Of a DNA stretch of 64,000 bases, positions 22,145 through 32,701 are shown piece by piece (within the stretch, counting starts at the first letter, position 1; the number at the start of each line of letters is the position of its first letter). The notes below the pieces were generated by a model. That model did no database searches, had not been told where the DNA came from, and was given only the letters and a program-made list of their open reading frames with translations. Location: NCBI GenBank assembly GCA_965218975.1, contig OZ244717.1:1120001-1184000 (forward strand), written 5' to 3'. Made by a program: the position numbers and the translations under genes. This DNA comes from Candidatus Oxydemutatoraceae bacterium (GTDB lineage Bacteria > Pseudomonadota > Gammaproteobacteria > Poriferisulfidales > Oxydemutatoraceae).

Positions 22145-23185
22145 TTATAGAGTTTTGGGCAGAATTTCCATACTGGCCAAAGTTTTGAACAGTGATTGTT
22201 TTTCCTCATCCGGTAATGGGATGAGTCCTTTGTCAATCAGATATCCTTCATCGCCGACGGCTTTATTTGATATGAATTCCTGTGTATATTCCATGATTCC
22301 GGGGATAATTCCGACATGTGCTTTTTTCACATAAAAATATAGCGGTCTTGAAACGGGATAATTCCCGCTTGCAATATTTTTAAATGTCGGTCGAGTCGCT
22401 TCTACTTCAATACCGCGGATGATATTTTTGTTTTGATCCAAGAAACTAAATCCAAAGACTCCCAACGCACTGCGGTTGGTTTTAAGCTTTTGCACGATCA
22501 AGTTGTCATTCTCGCCCGCCTCGATATAAGCGCCGTCTTCCCGAATTGAATGACAACGCGCTTTATAGGTTGATTTGTCTGTAGACTTAATATTTTTAAC
22601 CCAGGCAAACTTTTTGCACCCGCCTTCAAGCGCCAATTCCGCAAATGCATCGCGTGTTCCCGATGTGGGCGGAGGACCGAGTACTTCAATTTTGATGGCG
22701 GGTAATGTGGGATCAATATCACTCCATTTCATATACGGATTAGGAATAAAGCTCTCGGCGCCGTCGGGATTCGGTACATCTTTGGCAAGTGCCAAATAGA
22801 TTTGCTTTAAGCTTACCGCCATTGAATCAGCCTCTTTGGATTGAGCAACGACAATCCCGTCATAGCCGATTTTCACTTCAATAATCTCCAGCACCCCATT
22901 TTCTCTGCATAGATCAATTTCTGATTGCTTGATCCTACGCGAGGAGTTGGTAATGTCGGGAGTATTAACGCCGGCTCCTTCGCAGAATAATTTGAGCCCG
23001 CCGCCGGACCCGGTTGATTCGATCTTAGGCGTTTTGAAATTACTGGCAAGCCCAAAATTTTCCGCAACGATTGTGGCGAACGGATAGACTGTGGATGAAC
23101 CGACGATATTGACTTGGTTGCGTGCTATCGCGCTATGGCTTAAGACAAAGCAAATGGTGAATGCAAAAAACAAAAATTTTCTCAT
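22145..23185 (-). CDS. pstS: Phosphate ABC transporter substrate-binding protein (PstS family)
   Basis: Signal peptide MRKFLFF..., IVGSSTVYPF, ESTGSGGG, SGTRDAF, YPVSRPLYFY; AGAGGA SD before the ATG at 23185. Confidence 0.92.
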   Translation of the reverse strand: MRKFLFFAFTICFVLSHSAIARNQVNIVGSSTVYPFATIVAENFGLASNFKTPKIESTGSGGGLKLFCEGAGVNTPDITNSSRRIKQSEIDLCRENGVLEIIEVKIGYDGIVVAQSKEADSMAVSLKQIYLALAKDVPNPDGAESFIPNPYMKWSDIDPTLPAIKIEVLGPPPTSGTRDAFAELALEGGCKKFAWVKNIKSTDKSTYKARCHSIREDGAYIEAGENDNLIVQKLKTNRSALGVFGFSFLDQNKNIIRGIEVEATRPTFKNIASGNYPVSRPLYFYVKKAHVGIIPGIMEYTQEFISNKAVGDEGYLIDKGLIPLPDEEKQSLFKTLASMEILPKTL

Positions 23186-23231
23186 AATTTCCTCTGTTAG
23201 TGATAGTAAAAAGTCAAAATGATTAAGTATC

Positions 23232-23276
23232 ATTATCGTTAAAAGTCATGACAAAAATATGTCAGTTTGCTGCCAA
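23232..23276 (-). promoter_or_regulatory. Pho box plus -10 element for pstS
   Basis: Minus strand reads TTGGCAG-CAAA-CTGACAT-ATTT-TTGTCAT (11-bp period, 23276-23248), then 10 bp, then GATAAT (23237-23232). Confidence 0.75.
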
Positions 23277-23378
23277 ACTCTGCTTGTCATTTTCGGTCGT
23301 TAATATTCACTAAAAAGCCGGATAGTTTGCGCTTGAATACAAGGGCTAACAGATTTAATAATCAACAGGAGCAATCAA

Positions 23379-24746
23379 ATTAAAAAAACTTTTTTTACTG
23401 CGGCGTTTGCGATAGGGGCTATGATATTGTTATCTCTAACGGAAGTTACTGCGCAGTCAATGGATCATCGTTTACAAGACTTGGAAAATGTGGTCACGCA
23501 ACTGCAAGATGCTTTAGTTAAAGCACGTTCGGAAATCGCTGAGTTTAAGCAAGCGCGTGAAAAAGATAAAGAAGACAAAATTGAAATTTCTACTACGGGT
23601 GACGGAATTAAGTTCAAGAAAGACGACGGCACTAGTTTTGGCCTCGGTGGTCGAATAATGATTGATTATGACGCTTTCGACGGTATCTTTTATGACGGTG
23701 GTGACAATGATGAAGATAGCTCCGAAAGTGAATTTCGTCGCACTCGCCTGACTGCAAAGGGTAGCGTTAAGAAAGATTGGAAATATGCATTCACGGTTAA
23801 CATTGATGATAAGGATGGATCTGCCGATGTCAACATTGCTTATATTCAATATGCCGGTTTCAAACCTTTGACTTTCACAGTCGGTAAATTCAAAGAACCG
23901 TTTTCCTTAGAACGCCTGACAAGCTCGAAATGGATATCGACGATTGAACGTTCCATGCTGCAGGACGCGTTAGGCGGTAGTCTGGGCGCCGGACAGCCCG
24001 ACTTTGCCGGTATTGCCGTTAGCGGCTATCATGAAGAGCAAAATCATCTGAATTGGTCGGTCGGCGTGTTTGACGACGGTATTGAAGATGAGAATGATGA
24101 TGAGTACGGATTCACCGGTCGAGTTGCGCTAGTACCGCATTTTGGCGAGGACCATTTTCTGCACTTGGCTGCCGCGTATTCGATGCGTGATTTTGAGGGA
24201 AGCGATCACTCTATTAAAACGCGCTTTGGTGTTCACACTGCAGAAAAAGTTGACTTGGGCGGCTCATACTCATTAGACGATGCGGATCAGTTGGGATTGG
24301 AAGCTGCGTATGTCAGAGGCCCGTTCTCATTGCAAGCCGAATATATCGATGTCAGCATGGATGGTGATGAGAAAACAACGGAGATTAATCCTAATGCCAC
24401 TCCCGAAATTGCAGAGGATCTAGACTTTGATGGTTATTATCTGCAAGCGGCTTATACACTCACTGGCGAAACGCGCGGGTATAAGACCAAGGGAGCGGTT
24501 TTTGACAAAATTAAGCCGAAAGGCAGTTATGGCGCGTGGGAGCTGGTCGGTCGCTATGAGAATTTGGAAGTAGAGGATGAAGAAGATCAAAATGCGGAAG
24601 CCGAGAGGTGGGTTTTGGGGATTAACTGGTATGCGAATCAAAACGTTAAGTTTATGGCAAACTATATCAGCGCGGAAGTGGATGATCTGGACGTGGCTGA
24701 GGACGACGGCGACGCATTTTCATTGCGTGCGCAGTATGTTTGGTAG
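23379..24746 (+). CDS. Phosphate-selective porin OprO/OprP family (probable ATT start at 23379; first ATG at 23421)
   Basis: SEFRRTRL, GKFKEPFSLE.LTSS...IERS, SLQAEY, GAWELVGRY, GINWY; C-terminal aromatic residue; divergent from pstS. Confidence 0.88.
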   Translation: MKKTFFTAAFAIGAMILLSLTEVTAQSMDHRLQDLENVVTQLQDALVKARSEIAEFKQAREKDKEDKIEISTTGDGIKFKKDDGTSFGLGGRIMIDYDAFDGIFYDGGDNDEDSSESEFRRTRLTAKGSVKKDWKYAFTVNIDDKDGSADVNIAYIQYAGFKPLTFTVGKFKEPFSLERLTSSKWISTIERSMLQDALGGSLGAGQPDFAGIAVSGYHEEQNHLNWSVGVFDDGIEDENDDEYGFTGRVALVPHFGEDHFLHLAAAYSMRDFEGSDHSIKTRFGVHTAEKVDLGGSYSLDDADQLGLEAAYVRGPFSLQAEYIDVSMDGDEKTTEINPNATPEIAEDLDFDGYYLQAAYTLTGETRGYKTKGAVFDKIKPKGSYGAWELVGRYENLEVEDEEDQNAEAERWVLGINWYANQNVKFMANYISAEVDDLDVAEDDGDAFSLRAQYVW

Positions 24747-24760
24747 AACATTTGCGCAAG

Positions 24761-24799
24761 AGGGATTGCCAATGCTTCATTGAAGTTTTAGCAATCCCT
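24761..24799. terminator. Hairpin between the convergent porin and uvrA genes
   Basis: Outer stem AGGGATTGC/GCAATCCCT with inner CTTCA/TGAAG; no strong U tract. Confidence 0.5.
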
Positions 24800-27612
24800 T
24801 ATACTAGATAATTCTTCAGATAGGCGCCGGTGTACGAGCGTTTATTTCGGCTGACTTCCTCAGGAGTTCCCGTTACAATGACTTCGCCGCCGTGGTCTCC
24901 GCCCTCGGGTCCCAAATCTATAATCCAATCGGCTGTTTTGATCACATCCATATTATGTTCAATCACGATAATCGTGTTACCGCTGTCGCGTAGGTAATAT
25001 AGGACTTGCAAGAGTTGCTTTACATCGTGAAAATGCAGTCCCGTAGTCGGTTCATCAAGGATATAGAGTGTTTTCCCGCTTGCTTTCTTGGACAATTCCC
25101 GTGACAGTTTAATTCTCTGTGCCTCGCCGCCGGACAAAGTCGTAGAACTTTGCCCTAATGAGATATAGGAAAGCCCTACATCCATCAGGGTTTGTAATTT
25201 ATTGCGGATTATTCGCACCGCATGAAAAAACTCCAGCGCTCGCTCTACAGTCATTTGCAACATTTCGTGGATATTCATTCCTTTGTAGCGGATATCTAGA
25301 GTTTCTCTGCCATAACGTTTACCGCCGCAGACATCGCATTGCACATGGACATCGGGAAGAAAGTGCATTTCTACGCGAATAATGCCGTCACCTTGACAAG
25401 CTTCGCAACGTCCGCCGCGAACATTAAAACTGAAACGTCCGGGCTTGTAGCCGCGTGACCGCGCTTCGGGGACGGCGGCAAATAATTCACGGATAGGTGT
25501 GAATAGACCGGTGTAGGTTGCCGGGTTGGAACGGGGAGTGCGACCGATGGGACTCTGGTTAATATCAATTACTTTGTCAATTTGCTCTAGTCCGTTAATT
25601 TTTTTGCATGGCGCCGCATTCATTGAACCGCTATGCAATTTATTAAATAGTTGTTTATATAAAGTTTCATTGACGAATGTTGATTTTCCCGATCCTGAAA
25701 CGCCGGTTACACAAATGAATAATCCTAACGGGATATTCACATTGATATTTTTTAAGTTATTTCCGGTTAATCCTATACAATGAATCATTTTTTTGGGATC
25801 GGCAGGTGCCCGCCTATCCGGGATTTCAATACTCAGAGTTTTTGCCAAGTATTTTCCGGTAATGGATTGGCTATTTTGTTCAATTTGTTGCGGGGTGCCT
25901 TGTGCGACGATATTTCCTCCATGCTTGCCGGCGCCTGGGCCTAGGTCAATTACATGATCGGCGGCGCGAATTGCTCCTTCATCATGCTCCACGACAATAA
26001 CGGAATTTTCCAGATCGCGCAGATGGGTTAAAGTGCCGAGCAGACGTTCATTATCACGTTGGTGTAATCCGATTGACGGTTCGTCGAGAATGTACATTAC
26101 TCCGACTAGCCCGGAACCGATTTGGCTTGCTAAGCGAATGCGTTGTGCTTCGCCTCCCGACAATGTTTCCGCGCTGCGATCAAGCGTTAAGTATTCTAAT
26201 CCGACGTTTGCCAAGAATGAAAGCCGTTGTTTGATTTCATCGGTAATTTTCCCCCCGATTGCTGATTTGTTGCCGGGGAGGTTTAATTGATTGAAGAAAT
26301 CAAGCGTCTGTTCAATCGGCATTGCGGTAATGTCGGGCAAAGATTTTTTGTCTATAAATACATTTCTTGCTTCTTCACTCAGACGTGCGCCGTCGCATCC
26401 GGCACATTTTTGTATTGAAATATATTTGTTCAGTTTCTCTCTCAAACTCTCGGAATCTGTTTCTTGAAAGCGCTGTTCCATCAACGGAATAATTCCGGAG
26501 AAACGATAGTATTTGACAGATTTTTTGCCACGGTTGTCATACTTGAAAGGGATTGTGTCATCGTTGCTACCGTAAAGAATTAATTCTCTAACTTTCTTTT
26601 TTAGCGAAGAGAATGGTGCGTTCAGGCTAAAGTTTTGATGTTCTGCCAACGATTTTAAACGCTGATGATTGTAATAACTGCGCTTATCCCATCCGTTAAT
26701 TGCACCGGCAGCCAGACTCAGCGAAGGATTGACAACGATTTTATTCTCATCAAAATACTGCATCACGCCTAAGCCGTCGCATTCCCGACACGCTCCAATC
26801 GGGCTATTAAACGAGAACAAACGCGGTTCAAGTTCACTTAAACTGTAACCGCAGTACGGACAGGCAAAACGCAGCGAAAAAATTAACTCATCACCGCCGT
26901 CCATCGGCGCAATACCAACAATACCGTCCGCCAAATGAGCAGCAGTTTCAAGTGATTCGGTAAGCCGAAGTTCTATCCCGGATTTAATTTTAAGACGATC
27001 AACAATAATTTCAATCGTATGGTTTCTTCTCAAATCAAGTTTTGGTGAAGCATCCAATTCGTAAATTTCCCCGTTAACTCGCGCCCGTAAAAATCCCTGA
27101 GCTTGCATATTTTTAATCAAACGAGCAAACTCACCTTTACGGTTACGTACTATCGGCGCTAATAACATGATTTTTGCATCTTGCGGCAGTGTCATGATCT
27201 CATCGGTAATTTGGCTGAAAGTTTTTGCTTCAAGTTCTTCACCATGGAGCGGGCATTTGGGAGTGCCGACGCGGGCAAATAATAAACGTAAATAATCATA
27301 AACTTCGGTAATTGTGCCGACAGTAGAGCGTGGATTGTGCGAGGTTGATTTTTGTTCAATTGAAATTGCGGGGGATAGACCTTCAATCCTCTCAACATCG
27401 GGCTTTTCCATCCGCGTCAGAAACTGGCGCGCATACGCTGAGAGCGATTCGACGTAACGCCTTTGCCCTTCGGCAAAAATCGTGCCAAAAGCGAGCGATG
27501 ACTTTCCTGAACCTGACAAGCCGGTAATCACCACTAATTTGTTGCGCGGGAATATAATATCAATATTCTTCAGGTTGTGCGTTTTAGCGCCTTTGATGCG
27601 GATGGTTTTCAT
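24799..27612 (-). CDS. uvrA: Excinuclease ABC subunit A
   Basis: Two Walker A motifs ([18 protein letters not shown]), LSGGEAQRI twice, zinc fingers; 937 aa. Confidence 0.99.
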   Translation of the reverse strand: MKTIRIKGAKTHNLKNIDIIFPRNKLVVITGLSGSGKSSLAFGTIFAEGQRRYVESLSAYARQFLTRMEKPDVERIEGLSPAISIEQKSTSHNPRSTVGTITEVYDYLRLLFARVGTPKCPLHGEELEAKTFSQITDEIMTLPQDAKIMLLAPIVRNRKGEFARLIKNMQAQGFLRARVNGEIYELDASPKLDLRRNHTIEIIVDRLKIKSGIELRLTESLETAAHLADGIVGIAPMDGGDELIFSLRFACPYCGYSLSELEPRLFSFNSPIGACRECDGLGVMQYFDENKIVVNPSLSLAAGAINGWDKRSYYNHQRLKSLAEHQNFSLNAPFSSLKKKVRELILYGSNDDTIPFKYDNRGKKSVKYYRFSGIIPLMEQRFQETDSESLREKLNKYISIQKCAGCDGARLSEEARNVFIDKKSLPDITAMPIEQTLDFFNQLNLPGNKSAIGGKITDEIKQRLSFLANVGLEYLTLDRSAETLSGGEAQRIRLASQIGSGLVGVMYILDEPSIGLHQRDNERLLGTLTHLRDLENSVIVVEHDEGAIRAADHVIDLGPGAGKHGGNIVAQGTPQQIEQNSQSITGKYLAKTLSIEIPDRRAPADPKKMIHCIGLTGNNLKNINVNIPLGLFICVTGVSGSGKSTFVNETLYKQLFNKLHSGSMNAAPCKKINGLEQIDKVIDINQSPIGRTPRSNPATYTGLFTPIRELFAAVPEARSRGYKPGRFSFNVRGGRCEACQGDGIIRVEMHFLPDVHVQCDVCGGKRYGRETLDIRYKGMNIHEMLQMTVERALEFFHAVRIIRNKLQTLMDVGLSYISLGQSSTTLSGGEAQRIKLSRELSKKASGKTLYILDEPTTGLHFHDVKQLLQVLYYLRDSGNTIIVIEHNMDVIKTADWIIDLGPEGGDHGGEVIVTGTPEEVSRNKRSYTGAYLKNYLV

Positions 27613-27669
27613 TTTTCATTTTCTTTGAAGAAAAATATTTGTACCTACTACCTAATAGAAATATAATTT

Positions 27670-28890
27670 ATGGCGAACGACTTCAGTCTAAGCACGTTTG
27701 AGAGGCGTGCCGCCGCTATCTTAAGCTGCGTTTATATGTCTCGCATGTTTGGCTTGTTCATTTTATTGCCAATTCTAGCACCTGCCGCTGAACAGTTACG
27801 AGAAGCGACATCAATACTGGTCGGCCTTGCTTTGGGGATTTACGGATTACCGCAGATATTTTTACAGGCGCCTCTCGGCGCATGGTCGGATAGGATCGGT
27901 CGTAAACCTGTTATCATCGGCGGATTATTGGTATTCATTGCCGGTTGTTTAATCGCAGCCGCTTCCGATAGCATTTACGGAATTATTTTCGGACGAATTT
28001 TGCAGGGTAGTGGGGCGATTGCCGCCGTAGTGATGGCTTTTGCCGCAGACCTAACCCGCGAAAAGCAAAGGACAAAGGTCATTGCGGTGATTGGGATGAG
28101 TATCGGCGTCGCATTTATTCTTGCGGTTGCATCAGGACCTTTATTTCAAGCGATGATCGGTTTGCATGGGGTATTTTTGATCAGTGCATTGTTTGCTTTG
28201 ATCGCCGGTTTGATCGTGATGTTTGCATTACCCGAGCGAATGAGGCCTCGCTCAACACAGCGTTATTCCGGTAATTTAGTCAAAGAGCGTATGGGTTTTC
28301 GTCAAGTATTGCATAACATTGAGTTAATGCGGCTAAATTTTGGGACATTTACTCTACATATGATTCTGATGGCGAATTTTCTGGTATTGCCAGGTTTAAT
28401 TCGTGATCATTTGGGATTTGACGGAACAAATTCTTGGCAATTATATGCACTAATTCTGGTCGGTTCTTTTCTGTTGATGCTGCCGTTTCTTTTTGCCGCC
28501 GAGAGATATAGGAAGGTTAAACAAGCGATATTGTTTATGGTAGTTTGTCTTGCAATCAGCCAAGGAGCGCTACTTCATTTAAATAGCGGTATCGCGATTA
28601 TTCTATTGATTTTGCTGTTTTTTGTGGCGTTTAATTATTTGGAAGCCAATCTTCCGTCATTGGTCAGTCGACTGTGTGCGGCGGATGCGAAAGGTGTATC
28701 GTTCGGCGTCTTTATGCAGAGTCAATTTTTGGGGACTTTCTTTGGTGGACTACTGGGAGGTATCGTGCTGAATCTATGGTCCGCGACGACAATTTACTTG
28801 ATGAATGTTCTCGCTGCGATTATTTGGCTCATTGCCGCTTGGGGGATGACTCAACCTTGCTTTCATAAAGCAAGTGTCCGATCCGTTTAG
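27670..28890 (+). CDS. MFS transporter (YajR-like)
   Basis: MFS motif A (GAWSDRIGRKPV), about 12 hydrophobic segments, conserved uvrA-MFS-ssb position. Confidence 0.9.
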   Translation: MANDFSLSTFERRAAAILSCVYMSRMFGLFILLPILAPAAEQLREATSILVGLALGIYGLPQIFLQAPLGAWSDRIGRKPVIIGGLLVFIAGCLIAAASDSIYGIIFGRILQGSGAIAAVVMAFAADLTREKQRTKVIAVIGMSIGVAFILAVASGPLFQAMIGLHGVFLISALFALIAGLIVMFALPERMRPRSTQRYSGNLVKERMGFRQVLHNIELMRLNFGTFTLHMILMANFLVLPGLIRDHLGFDGTNSWQLYALILVGSFLLMLPFLFAAERYRKVKQAILFMVVCLAISQGALLHLNSGIAIILLILLFFVAFNYLEANLPSLVSRLCAADAKGVSFGVFMQSQFLGTFFGGLLGGIVLNLWSATTIYLMNVLAAIIWLIAAWGMTQPCFHKASVRSV

Positions 28891-29093
28891 GTTAAAGTTT
28901 CATAGTTGGTGTGAATAGAAACATCTTTAAAGTGATATTTTTAGATTACAATAGAGCAAAGATAGAAAAATATAGTATCCGTTCAACAGAAAATATAAGT
29001 CGCTTAATTTGAGGATGTTTTGTTTTCAGGCATGACTTTGAATATGACTATGGATTCTGTTCTATATATTGATTTCAACCACTGGAGTTTATT

Positions 29094-29564
29094 ATGGCAC
29101 GAGGAGTTAACAAGGCAATTTTAATAGGAAACTTAGGACAAACCCCCGAAGTTCGGTACACACCTAGCGGAGCGGCTGTATGCAATGTGCCGCTTGCTAC
29201 GACAGAAAATTGGAAAGATAAAGACAGCAGCGAAAGGCGTGAAAGAACTGAATGGCATCGTTTGGTGTTCTTTGGCCGCCTAGCTGAAATTACTGCGGAA
29301 TACTTGCGCAAAGGATCACAAATTTATGCCGAAGGCAGGCTACAAACCAGAAAATGGCAGGATCAATCCGGGAATGACCGTTATACAACGGAGATTATTG
29401 TGTCTGAGATGCATATTCTCGGCAACCGCAACAATGTCGGAAGTCATTATGATAGCGGTCAGGGTGCTAATCAAGAAAGTGATAAGGGTGATTCCACACA
29501 TGATTCTGTTACTAAAGAATCTCATAAATCGCAAGCTGATTTTGACGACGACATTCCATTTTAA
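29094..29564 (+). CDS. ssb: Single-stranded DNA-binding protein
   Basis: MARGVNK..LIGNLG, TEWHR, C-terminal DFDDDIPF. Confidence 0.99.
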   Translation: MARGVNKAILIGNLGQTPEVRYTPSGAAVCNVPLATTENWKDKDSSERRERTEWHRLVFFGRLAEITAEYLRKGSQIYAEGRLQTRKWQDQSGNDRYTTEIIVSEMHILGNRNNVGSHYDSGQGANQESDKGDSTHDSVTKESHKSQADFDDDIPF

Positions 29565-29622
29565 TCATTCTTTATCGGAGAATTAAAAAAACAATTCGTC
29601 GTTTAGTCGCAATATTTTCACG

Positions 29623-30606
29623 ATGAAAATTTTGGTCACGGGTGGCGCCGGTTATATCGGTAGCCATACGGTTGATTTGCTCGTTAGGATGGAGCATGAA
29701 GTTGTAGTGTATGATAATCTGTCAACCGGCGATACGAGTCTTGTTATCGGCGGGCAGTTGATAGTCGGTGATCTTAGTGACGTAACACAGTTGGAATCGC
29801 TGTTTGCACAACATACTTTTGAGGCGGTGATTCATTTTGCCGCTTCTACTTCGGTTGAAGAATCGGCTGAGAAGCCTGCTTGGTATTATCAAAATAATGT
29901 CTGCAATACATTAAGCTTATTGCGTCAATGCGTAGTGCATAGAGTGCGATGGTTTATTTTCTCCTCAACTGCGGCAGTTTACGGCGCTCCGGATATTTTA
30001 CCGATTCCCGAGACTTGTTTGACATTGCCGAAAAATCCGTACGGTTATTCCAAGCTGTTTGCCGAAAGAATGCTGCGGGATATCGCAGCTTCGTATGGCG
30101 CTCATTATGTAATTCTGCGTTATTATAATGCTGCCGGCGCCGATGCCGATTTGCGATTGGGAGAGATAAGACCTACTGCCAAACATCTGATTACTGTCGC
30201 CTGCAGAGCGGCAGCGGGTATGACTGAAGGTATAGAGATTTTTGGTACTGACTATCCGACTCCCGACGGGACCTGCGTGCGTGATTTTGTGCATGTGACA
30301 GATCTAGCCGACACACATGTTAAAGCCTTGCAATATATAAGCGATGGCGGTGAATCGGTTACCCTAAATTGCGGTTATGGTAGAGGATTTAGCGTGCGGG
30401 AAGTTTTGCATGTTGTCAAAGAAGTATCCGGGGTTGATTTCCCTGTTCGTGAAGGCGCTAGGAGAAAGATGGACGTTGATCCGCCGACTTTAATTGCGGA
30501 TAATACGAAGATCAAGAAAACTTTGGATTGGCGCCCTGTTTTTGACGACATTCGCGCGATTATTGCGACTGCATGGAAGTGGCAATTGAAACGGAACAAA
30601 AGCTAA
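29623..30606 (+). CDS. galE: UDP-glucose 4-epimerase
   Basis: GGAGYIGSH, FSSTAAVYG, YxxxK, PTPDGTCVRDFVHV. Confidence 0.93.
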   Translation: MKILVTGGAGYIGSHTVDLLVRMEHEVVVYDNLSTGDTSLVIGGQLIVGDLSDVTQLESLFAQHTFEAVIHFAASTSVEESAEKPAWYYQNNVCNTLSLLRQCVVHRVRWFIFSSTAAVYGAPDILPIPETCLTLPKNPYGYSKLFAERMLRDIAASYGAHYVILRYYNAAGADADLRLGEIRPTAKHLITVACRAAAGMTEGIEIFGTDYPTPDGTCVRDFVHVTDLADTHVKALQYISDGGESVTLNCGYGRGFSVREVLHVVKEVSGVDFPVREGARRKMDVDPPTLIADNTKIKKTLDWRPVFDDIRAIIATAWKWQLKRNKS

Positions 30607-30619
30607 TTCCCAATTTACA

Positions 30620-31561
30620 ATGTTACGTGTTTTGATAACCGGCGCAACAGGTTTCATAGGCACTCAATTGGTTTATAACTTATGTGCCGCCGGTTATACA
30701 GTACGTGCGGCAGTGCGTTGTTTGCCCGCTTCCCGGCAAGCGGATATTGAGTATTTTGTTTGCGGAAATATTAATGCGGATTTCGATTGGGACGAAGGGC
30801 TGAACGGAGTTGACGCGGTAGTGCATTTAGCGGGTTGTGTGCGCAATTATAAAACCGCATGGGATGAGAAAATCGCTCAGCAAACGAATACCAGCGCAGC
30901 CGTCAATCTGGCACAGTTTGCCGAAAGAAATTCTGTTCGCCGCTTTATTTACATGAGCTCGATTAAAGTCAACGGTGAGGATAGCGGTTCTAGCGCTTTC
31001 ACTGCCGATGATATTCCGGCGCCGGAGAGCGCTTATGCTCGTTCCAAACTTGCGGATGAAAAGGCGCTGTTTACCTTTTCTCGAAGCGCCGGAATTCAAC
31101 TAGTCGTGATTCGGCCGCCGTTGGTTTATGGGCCAAATGCGCAAGGCAATTTTGCGTCTCTAATGAGTATTATCAAGCGTCAATTGCCCTTACCATTCAA
31201 GTTGATTAAAAATTCGCGTAGCTTGGTTAGTGTGTTTAATCTGTGCGATTTAGTTCGGGTCTGCATTACACATCCGGCGGCGGCGGGAGAAGTGTTTCTG
31301 GTGTCTGATGGTCAGGATGTGTCAACGCCGCAACTGATCGTATTAATTGCCCAAGCGATACACAAGCGATTTATGTTGTTTCCTTTTCCCGTTGGCTTGC
31401 TCCGGTTCATTGCTTTATTGGTCGGAAGACATGAAATGATGCGGCGGTTGTGTGTAAATTTGCAGGTTGACATCAAAAAAACGTGTCGTTTGTTAAAGTG
31501 GAAACCGGTATTAAGCCTTGTACAAGGACTGGAACGTAGTGTTGTCTCTGTCCCCGAATGA
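30620..31561 (+). CDS. NAD-dependent epimerase/dehydratase (WbpV/WbpK-like UDP-sugar enzyme)
   Basis: GATGFIG, SSIKVNGE, YARSK, IRPPLVYG; lies upstream of a wbpL/wbpM-like pair. Confidence 0.85.
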   Translation: MLRVLITGATGFIGTQLVYNLCAAGYTVRAAVRCLPASRQADIEYFVCGNINADFDWDEGLNGVDAVVHLAGCVRNYKTAWDEKIAQQTNTSAAVNLAQFAERNSVRRFIYMSSIKVNGEDSGSSAFTADDIPAPESAYARSKLADEKALFTFSRSAGIQLVVIRPPLVYGPNAQGNFASLMSIIKRQLPLPFKLIKNSRSLVSVFNLCDLVRVCITHPAAAGEVFLVSDGQDVSTPQLIVLIAQAIHKRFMLFPFPVGLLRFIALLVGRHEMMRRLCVNLQVDIKKTCRLLKWKPVLSLVQGLERSVVSVPE

Positions 31562-31603
31562 TTGACATAGTGGTTGATCATTATTTTTCTATAGTTCAAT
31601 GAT

Positions 31604-32701
31604 ATGTTTACTGTAGCTCAATGGCTTTTAATTGCGTTTGCGTTTGTGGCGGCATGGGTTGGTACCGCGTGGGTGGGCCATTGGGTTGTACGAAAAAAAT
31701 TGTTGGATATGCCCAATCATCGCAGTTCACATTTAGAGGCAACCCCGCGTGGCGGCGGACTTTCCATCGTGATTGTTTTTACTTTTATTACCGGTTTATT
31801 GTTTATGTCGGATTCCGGTATGGCGATGTCGGTGCAAATGGTCAATGTTTTTGTAACGGGAGGACTTGCAATTGCAATAACGGGTTGGCTTGACGATCAT
31901 TGGCGTCTGTCGCCTATTATCCGTATCACTGTTCATTTTGCCGTAGCATTGTATTGCCTCGCATTGTTGGGTGTGCCGTCGCTACCAATTCTAGGGTCAT
32001 CGCTGTCACTTGAGTGGTATGGTTATTTGTTGGCAGCAATAGCATTGGTTTGGTGTTTAAATTTCTTTAATTTTATGGACGGTATTGATGGGATTGCATC
32101 GGTACAAGCGATTACAATGGCGCTGTCGGCCGCTTTGATTTTGATATTCGCCGCTCCAAACAGTGTTTTTACGCTATATCTGCTGGTTTTTATTGCCGCT
32201 GTGGGGGGCTTTTTAGTGTGGAATTGGTCGCCCGCAAAAATTTTTATGGGGGATACCGGTAGCGGATTTCTTGGATTCACTTTGGGTTTATTCGCAATTG
32301 CGACCTCAGTCGAAGAGAGCATGAATATTTGGAGTTGGCTGATTTTATTTGGAGTATTCGGAATCGATGCAACCGTCGTACTGCTCTTACGTTTTTTGCG
32401 TAAAGAAACATTCTATCACGCGCATTGTCAACATGCGTATCAACGTTTGGCGATCAATTTGCAGAGGACCGAGTCAATTATGCGGTCGCCGAAGTATGCA
32501 CGTGCTGCTGCACATCAAGCAGTAACTCTAATCACCGCGGGGATCAATCTGCTTTGGTTATTGCCTTGGGCATTTGTTGCCGCTTTGGATGCGTCAAACG
32601 GGATAATTTACTTGATTATTGCCTTACTTCCTTTAGCGGTTGCGGTTATTAAAGCTCAACATATCGAAGGCACAAAAATGGATTTTCATGGTAGCGCTTG
32701 A
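31604..32701 (+). CDS. MraY/WecA-superfamily initiating phosphoglycosyltransferase (WbpL-like)
   Basis: PNHRSSH..TPRGGG, DD, NFFNFMDGIDG, KIFMGDTGS, H.QHAYQ. Confidence 0.9.
   Translation: MFTVAQWLLIAFAFVAAWVGTAWVGHWVVRKKLLDMPNHRSSHLEATPRGGGLSIVIVFTFITGLLFMSDSGMAMSVQMVNVFVTGGLAIAITGWLDDHWRLSPIIRITVHFAVALYCLALLGVPSLPILGSSLSLEWYGYLLAAIALVWCLNFFNFMDGIDGIASVQAITMALSAALILIFAAPNSVFTLYLLVFIAAVGGFLVWNWSPAKIFMGDTGSGFLGFTLGLFAIATSVEESMNIWSWLILFGVFGIDATVVLLLRFLRKETFYHAHCQHAYQRLAINLQRTESIMRSPKYARAAAHQAVTLITAGINLLWLLPWAFVAALDASNGIIYLIIALLPLAVAVIKAQHIEGTKMDFHGSA

Noticed and set aside
29032-29055. Imperfect 12-bp tandem ATGACTTTGAAT/ATGACTATGGAT upstream of ssb as a Pho-like site
   Set aside because: The period is 12 rather than 11 and there are only two units, so it is compatible with chance.
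27613-29093. LexA (SOS) box at uvrA or ssb
   Set aside because: No CTGT-N8-ACAG match found in either spacer.
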